This document shows positions 58,290 to 64,000 of a stretch of DNA of 64,000 nucleotides, one piece after another. Within the stretch, counting starts at the first letter, position 1. Every line of letters starts with the position of its first letter. This DNA is from Pseudomonadales bacterium. Lineage in GTDB: Bacteria; Pseudomonadota; Gammaproteobacteria; Pseudomonadales; Azotimanducaceae. The stretch lies in NCBI GenBank assembly GCA_963666465.1, contig OY762824.1, forward strand, positions 810,112 through 874,111, written 5' to 3'. Both the position numbers and the translations under genes were made by a program. The notes under the pieces were generated by a model. It saw only the letters and a list, made by a program, of their open reading frames with translations, was not told the DNA's origin and ran no database searches.

Positions 58290-60685
58290 TCATGTGCTCA
58301 AGGCCCGGCTGGTGTCGGTGAGGGTGGACTCCGCCTGGACGAAGGAGCGATAGCGGCCGCCCTCCAAAGCCATGAGCGTGGCGTGGTTGCCGCTCTCGAC
58401 AATGCGGCCGCCGTCGAGATAGATGATGTTGTCGGCGCGGCGGATCGTTGAGATGCGGTGCGTGATCAGAAAGATCGCTCGCCGGGCACGGTCGTCGCCG
58501 CCGCTGGCCCAGTCCGCGAGGTTGCCCATCACGCGATGCTCGGTGACGGCGTCCAGCGCCGCCGTGGGCTCGTCCAAGACGAGGATTGGCGTGTCGCGGA
58601 CGACGGCGCGGGCGATGGACAGGCGTTGGCGCTGACCGGTGGAGAGCTTGCCGCCGCGGTCCGAGAGCACGGTGTCGAGGCCGTTCGGCAGCCCGTCGAC
58701 GTAGTCGTCCATGCCGGCCACACGGATGGCGGTGCGGATCTGTTCCTCCGTGGCGTTCGGCGCCACGTAGCGGATATTGTCGCGCACGGACATGGCGAAC
58801 AGGACGTTCTCCTGCAGGGCGATGGCGATGGCGGCGCGCAGGCTGGCGACCTCAAAGTCGCGCAGGTCGCGCCCGTCGATGGCGACGCGTCCGCTTTCCG
58901 GGTCGAAAAGCCTCAACAGGAGCGCCATGAGGGTGCTCTTGCCGGAGCCTGTCGGCCCGATGATGGCGGTGATGGAACCGGGCACGACGGTGAAACTCAC
59001 GTCGCTGAGCACCGGACGCTCGGGCTCGTAGGCGAAACTGACGCTCTCGAAGGCGATCTCCCGTTCCAGGCCAGCGAACGCCTGGGCGTTGGGCTTGTCC
59101 TGCACGTCCGGCTCGATGTCAAGAATGTCGAACACGCGGCGCAGGCCCATGGTGAGGTCCTGGGCCGTCATCCAGTCGCGCAGCAGCTTGCGGATGTCGC
59201 CGCTCGACTCGTGGAACTGATCGCGAGTCCACGAGAAGCTGCCCAGGTTCCAGACCACGAAGCTCAGGCCCACGAGGGCCAGCAACTCGACGACCACGTC
59301 GGCTCGCCCTGATAGGCCCACCAAGCCATGAAGGACGTGCCGCCGGCCATGAACACCGCCGCGACGGTGTACATGACGATGGTGACGATGGCGATCAGAT
59401 GCTTGACCCGGAATGCGGCGTTGAAGGCGACCACGGAGTCGTCTTCCAGGCGCTGCTGGGCACGCCCCGCGGTGCCGAAAGCCTTGATGAGCTTGATGGA
59501 GGAAAAGCTCTCCTGAATCGTCGAGGTGACGTCCGAGGTAGCCTCCCGATACACCAGAGCGCGCACGCGCATGCGCGGCATCGCCCACCCTGCCCACAGG
59601 AGGGCCGGCACTACCAGCACCCCGGCGGCGAGGCCCAGCCAAGGGTTCAGGATGGTGACCAAGACCACGCAACTGTAGTAGCTCATCATGGCGAGCGTCA
59701 TCCCGATGATGTGCCCCACCACGGCGGTGACCATGGCGCTGTCCTGATAGATGCGGAAGATCGAGTCGCCGGTGCGGTGGTCGCTGTGGTAGCTGAGCGA
59801 CAGCTGATGCCAGCGCGAGACGAGCGCCACCCGCAGGTCCTGGTTGATGCGCTGCATGATCCACATGTTGTAGTAGGGGTTGATGACCGACAGGGGCATC
59901 TGCAGCAGGTAAGACCCAAGTGCGACGTACACATACGACCACGTCAGCTCGCGGCGTTGGTCGTCCGTCAACTGCTCGATGCTCCCGGCGGCGAGCTCCG
60001 GGAAGCCGAGGAGTGCCGCGAGACCGGGGGCGAGCGGTTCCGCCTGGAGCAGGCTCTGGTTCAGCAGGTCCGCGAGGATCAGGCCGACGACGATGGCGAT
60101 CCCGCGCTGAAGGAAGTTGATGGCATAGAAGTACACAAGGTGCGTCCCCACGCGGGCGCGCAGTTGGATCTGGCCGGCCTGAACGCGGAACTGCAGCATC
60201 CAACCGGCTACGCAGGCAATGGTTACCGTCGCCGCCCAGAGACTCGACGCCATGCCGTCAACGAAGACGTTGCCGGCCACATTCACGCCGATGCCGCCGA
60301 GCAGCACCCCGACCGTGCCGACCATTTGCGAGCGCCCTTGGGTGAGGGCCATGAGGAACATCGACGCCACCGTCACCATGACAGGTGCGTAGAGGAGCCC
60401 CAGCGGCCACTCGAAGGTGCTCGGCATCCAACCCGACAGCGGGCCGAGAACGGCAACCGCCGCGACGAGGAAGGGCGCATAGCCAAACTGGTAGCCTCGG
60501 CCGCTCACCATGTCGGCGACTTCCGGACGGACGCCGCCGGGGCCCGGATACCACCAGTGGCCAAGCAACTGCGGGCGGATATAGGGCCACGAACGCAACA
60601 GCAGGAGCATCACGTCGAGGAAGCCGCTGTCGTCGGAACTCAGGGCACGATCACGCTCCGGCGGAATCGCGCCCTCCCGGAACAT
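58290..60685 (-). pseudogene. Second ABC exporter (permease/ATP-binding fusion) split by a frameshift near 59300-59330
   Basis: The TMD lies in ORF 59264..60844 (start M at 60685). The NBD lies in the frame of ORF 58290..60203 (GPTGSGKST, LSTGQRQRLSIARA, ILVLDEPTAALD). The frames join around ...MAWWAYQG / ADVVVELLALVG. Confidence 0.75.
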
Positions 60686-61074
60686 GGGCAGCGCCCGAGC
60701 GCGAGCCCGGTTGGCCTGGATGTCAGAAGGACTCACGCGGCTTGCCTTCCGTGCTGCCGCGCGAGGTGGCCGGGGTTCTTGCGGTGACCCCGAGGAACGG
60801 CAATCGCGGGCACAGGGCGCCGCCAAGCCGCACAGCGCGAGCACCAGCCCACCTTTCCGTCGCCCTTGTCGAGGACCACGCTACCCCCAAGACACAAGAT
60901 TGCCCGGGCAAATCAACCCACCCCTAGCTCCCTAGCTAGCCAAACGAAAACATGCCACGCACGGGCAAGCAAGCGTTTTTTCGGTTTTGGCTGGCGCCGG
61001 GACGCCGATGCGGGTTGCAGGCAGGGGCTGGACGTGTCACGTTGCGCACCTACTCACGCGGATGGGACAGCGCG

Positions 61075-61566
61075 ATGCCGGATGTGCAGATCGATGTGGT
61101 GGACCTTGCGGCGCAGCCGGCGATGGTGGTGCGGCGCACGGTGGACGTCATGCGCATGGGCGAGGCGTTCGCCGACATTTTCCCACGGGTGGCGCAGCAC
61201 ATCATTGGCTCCGGGCGGCAGCCCACCGGAATGCCGTTTGCGCGCTACTTCCACATGGACGGAACCGAATGCCAACTCGCCGCCGGCATGCCGGTGGCAG
61301 CGCCGTTGCCCGACTCTGGCGACATCGAGGCGCACGAACTCCCCGGCGGCCGAGCGCTCACTGCGTTGCACGTCGGCCCCTACGAAGGCGTCGGCGCCGT
61401 GTGGCAACGGGTATGGGCACGGGCGCGAGAGATGGGCTCCAGGGCCCAATTCGGCGGCTGGGACGTCTATGCCAACGACCCTGGCGAAGTGCCCGAAGAG
61501 AAGCTGGAAACTCGCATCTACCTACCCCTCGGCGACTGCCCCCCCAAGCCACCGTTGCCCCAGTGA
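61075..61566 (+). CDS. GyrI-like / AraC-effector-binding-like small-molecule binding protein
   Basis: 163 aa; ...MVVRRTV....F..IFPRVAQHI...G..P.GMPFARYF......C.LAAGMPV............ELPGGRALTALHVGPYEG resembles GyrI-like domain proteins. Confidence 0.6.
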   Translation: MPDVQIDVVDLAAQPAMVVRRTVDVMRMGEAFADIFPRVAQHIIGSGRQPTGMPFARYFHMDGTECQLAAGMPVAAPLPDSGDIEAHELPGGRALTALHVGPYEGVGAVWQRVWARAREMGSRAQFGGWDVYANDPGEVPEEKLETRIYLPLGDCPPKPPLPQ

Positions 61567-61649
61567 TGCCCTGCCGGGCGCCGAAGGGAGGGCGAGACGC
61601 CCTCACCTTCGCGCCGCAGGCGGTCACGACACGGCTTCGCGACGCCCGC

Positions 61650-62191
61650 TTGCATGGAAGCACGCCTCCGGCGACGGGGACATGCCCGAACTTCCCTGCG
61701 CGTCAGCGGTCGAGGAAGCTTCCCCGGCTGAAGGCTTGCATGGAAGTACGCCCCCAGCGATGGGGGAGTTGCCGGTACTTCCTTGCGCGTCAGCGGTCGG
61801 GGATGCTTCCCCGGCTGAAGGCTCCTAGCGCCACAGGAACCGTTGCCTTTCGGCAACGCTTCCTGCCCCAGCCCAAGCCGTCCTGTTACCCTGTCGGCAT
61901 TCGGCCAGCTTGCGCCGTCCGAAGTCCGACAGGCTGCCAGGAGTCTGCGCCGTAGGACGATCTCGCGCCGAAAAGGTGGGTGTGATCCCCCATTGCTCGC
62001 CCCGAAACGTTCCTGACGAGGGACAGGACCTCCCAGAAGATGGATTTTTCTCGCCGTATTAGGGTGCATGTTCCCGGAAAAGTTTCTACGGCGCAGACTT
62101 GCATGGAAGTACGCCCCCAGCGATGGGGGAATTGCCGGTACTTCCTTACGCGTCAGCGGTCGGGGATGCTTCCCCGGCTGAAGGCTCCTAG
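61650..62191. repeat. Second mosaic repeat array: hybrid E'/E unit, E unit, inverted U1, inverted truncated U3, E unit
   Basis: 61650-61735 (86 bp), 61736-61822 (87 bp), U1 at 61825-61940, U3 at 61937-62098, E at 62099-62185, terminal ctag at 62188-62191. Confidence 0.85.
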
Positions 62192-62243
62192 CCCTACCCA
62201 TGCCCCACAAGGGGCACGGGGCTTTTCGGCTGTTGCTGACGTT

Positions 62244-64000
62244 TCAGGTTTGCGGCTCCTTGGCGAGTCGATATCCGGTGCATGTGTCGACGAGGGTGGC
62301 GTCTCCGCGCCACATGACCTTGGTGCCTGGGGGCGGGCCGCGGGGTCGGTGGATGTGTCCGCCGAGCTGGGCGACCAGGCGCGCGGCGAGTTCCAGGGTG
62401 TCGGGAGCGGGGCGTCGGCGTTGTTGGGCGAACGCCTTGAGGAGCTTGATCTCGAGTTCGGAGAACAGCGTCTCGGGCGGCAGGTCGGGCTGTTCTCGGC
62501 CGAGCAGGGTCATGAGGAAGATGCGCCATGCGACGACGAGGTTGACGGCGGCGGCTCGGGCGAGGCGCGCGGCGGTGCGGTTGGCGAGTTCCTCGACCCT
62601 GCAGCCGGACTTGAGGATGCGGTGCCAGTCCTCGATGCGCCATCGGCGGGCGTGGTGTTCGACGACTTGGCGGCAGTCCTGCGGGGTGTCGGCGGCGAGC
62701 GTGGCGAGCAGCAGCCAGCGGATCGGCGCGGCGTCCTTCGGCGCGCGCTCCTCCTCGGCGAGCACGGCCTGCAGGCGCATCGGCGGCCTGTCGCGGTGTT
62801 CGCGCGCGGCGGGCGCGAGTTCGACGGTGTCGGCGCGCAGCGTCAGGGTGGCGGCGCGGCGGCTGCGGCCGGGTCGTTCCGGGCGCCTGCTGCGCTTGGG
62901 GCGCTCGCTCAGGCGGTCGACGGCGACCACGGCGCGGGCACGCGCCGGCGCGGCGCGCAGCGCGTCGAGCAGCGACCGTCCGCCGGCGACGCGGCGGCGG
63001 ACGTTGGCGCGCACCAGCACGTCCAGCTCCGGCTGCGCGCGCTGCGTCTCGAACACGCGGAAGTCGTCGGCCTCGCGATCCATCACGCTCACGACCCGGC
63101 CGGGGCCCAGCTCGCGAGCCAGTTCGGCGCAGTCCCGCAGCGCCTCGATCCAGCGCTCGCTCTTGCGCGAAGGCGACGCCGCGTCCCGATCCGCCTTCGG
63201 CACCGGCGCGTCGAAGCGCGCGTTGACCACCCCCAGCGGCAACCCCGACGGGGTCACCGCCAGCGTCGAGTGCAGATGCAGGCCGAGGCTGCGCGCGCCG
63301 GTCTGGTTGCCGCCGGTCACCCCCAGTCCGTCGCAGCCCGGACGGCTGGCGAAGTTGAGGTCCGTGCCGTCCTGCAGGCACAGCACCCGCGGCTCCGCGC
63401 GCATGCGCCGCAGCGTCCGCTCGCGGTGCGGGCGCAGGATGTTCTCCGGCGTCGCCGCGCTGTCGTCCGGACGATCCACGAACCGGCAGTGGCCCTTGAC
63501 CAGTGCCCGATCCCCCTTCGCCGCGGCCGGCAGAGAAGCCGTCGGAGCCGCCCCCCTGAGCGCCGCCACCCGCACCAGCCGGGCGCTCAGCCGGGCGCTC
63601 AGCCGGGCATCGCCCAGCGGCGCCCCGCCGAACTCGTTCGCCGCCCAGACGCCAGCCTCCAGCCCCTCCCAGGGCGCCAGCGGCGGCGCCGGGGACGGCT
63701 CCGCGCCCGCCCCCAGACGCCGACGCCAGTCGGCCGCCAGCGCGCAAACATACACCCGCTTGCGTCCCGCCGCCGCCGCGTTGCCCCGATCCTGCCGGCC
63801 CCGACCCGCGGTCTCGCCCAGCAGACGCCAGTTGGCCGCCCGCAGGCTGGTTCCCGAGTGCGTGCCGTCGACGAACGTCTCCACCAGGCACGGCGCGTAG
63901 CCGCAGCGCGCCTCGAAGTCCGAAGGCAGCCGCAGCAGCAGCCGACCAAGCACGCGCGAGGCCAGGTTCCGGCACTCCACGCCCGGACGGATCAGGAACC
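62244..64000 (-). CDS. Tn5/IS4-family DDE transposase with a DUF4338 (DruA-like) N-terminal region; 5' end outside the window
   Basis: N-terminal NLASRVL...LVETFVDGTHSGTSLRAANWRLLGETAGRGRQDR resembles DUF4338. It is followed by Tn5-type DNA-binding (GAPLGDARLSARLVRVA...TPENILRPHRERT) and DDE regions (LCLQDGTDLNF ... VSVMDREAD ... RWRIEDWHRILKSGC). The frame is still open at 64000. Confidence 0.75.
   Translation of the reverse strand, partial: FLIRPGVECRNLASRVLGRLLLRLPSDFEARCGYAPCLVETFVDGTHSGTSLRAANWRLLGETAGRGRQDRGNAAAAGRKRVYVCALAADWRRRLGAGAEPSPAPPLAPWEGLEAGVWAANEFGGAPLGDARLSARLSARLVRVAALRGAAPTASLPAAAKGDRALVKGHCRFVDRPDDSAATPENILRPHRERTLRRMRAEPRVLCLQDGTDLNFASRPGCDGLGVTGGNQTGARSLGLHLHSTLAVTPSGLPLGVVNARFDAPVPKADRDAASPSRKSERWIEALRDCAELARELGPGRVVSVMDREADDFRVFETQRAQPELDVLVRANVRRRVAGGRSLLDALRAAPARARAVVAVDRLSERPKRSRRPERPGRSRRAATLTLRADTVELAPAAREHRDRPPMRLQAVLAEEERAPKDAAPIRWLLLATLAADTPQDCRQVVEHHARRWRIEDWHRILKSGCRVEELANRTAARLARAAAVNLVVAWRIFLMTLLGREQPDLPPETLFSELEIKLLKAFAQQRRRPAPDTLELAARLVAQLGGHIHRPRGPPPGTKVMWRGDATLVDTCTGYRLAKEPQT

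Noticed and set aside
54882-58451. 1189-aa plus-strand ORF.
   Set aside because: It overlaps yejE in another frame and then runs antisense through the ABC exporter. It is a high-GC artefact.
62194-63975. 593-aa and 566-aa ORFs overlapping the Tn5-like transposase in other frames.
   Set aside because: They are Arg/Pro/Gly-rich nonsense, whereas the 62244..63980 frame carries the DDE transposase motifs.

Overview
High-GC (about 65% by eye) proteobacterial chromosomal segment. The lolA-rarA pair, lexA, moaA, sppA, hpt, an MscS channel, ETF-QO, a liv-type ABC operon and yejABE suggest a gamma- or beta-proteobacterium. I saw no rRNA, tRNA or CRISPR. All calls rest on reading the ORF translations and the DNA by eye; no searches were run.

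The window carries many mobile and repetitive elements:
- Four copies of one IS1634-family IS. Copy 1 is cut by the window edge, copies 1 and 2 form a head-to-tail tandem separated only by CTAG, and copies 3 and 4 bracket a 4.2-kb segment.
- One frameshifted IS1182-family IS.
- One partial Tn5/IS4-like transposase with a DUF4338-like N-terminus at the right edge.
- Several families of short repeats: MITE-like units delimited by the tetranucleotide CTAG, an 86/87-bp element present 9 times, and a GCGCCGCAAGGCGC hairpin. These are assembled into mosaic arrays in intergenic gaps.

Several genes look decayed:
- Frameshifts in the IS1182 transposase, at the RecQ/PRTase junction, in an ABC exporter and in a small wHTH gene.
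- Remnants of a LysR regulator and a DNA methyltransferase.

The best candidate for an uncharacterised system is the minus-strand operon at 5455-8909. It encodes a RecQ-family helicase continuing into a ComF-type phosphoribosyltransferase, followed by a DprA/Smf-like protein with a wHTH, and it abuts the IS pile. It looks like a helicase-extended relative of the DprA-like + PRTase antiphage pair and mirrors the competence trio ComFA/ComFC/DprA. It may be inactivated here.

Two orphan P-loop ATPases (23153-24424 and 39815-40966) sit in small decayed accessory patches.
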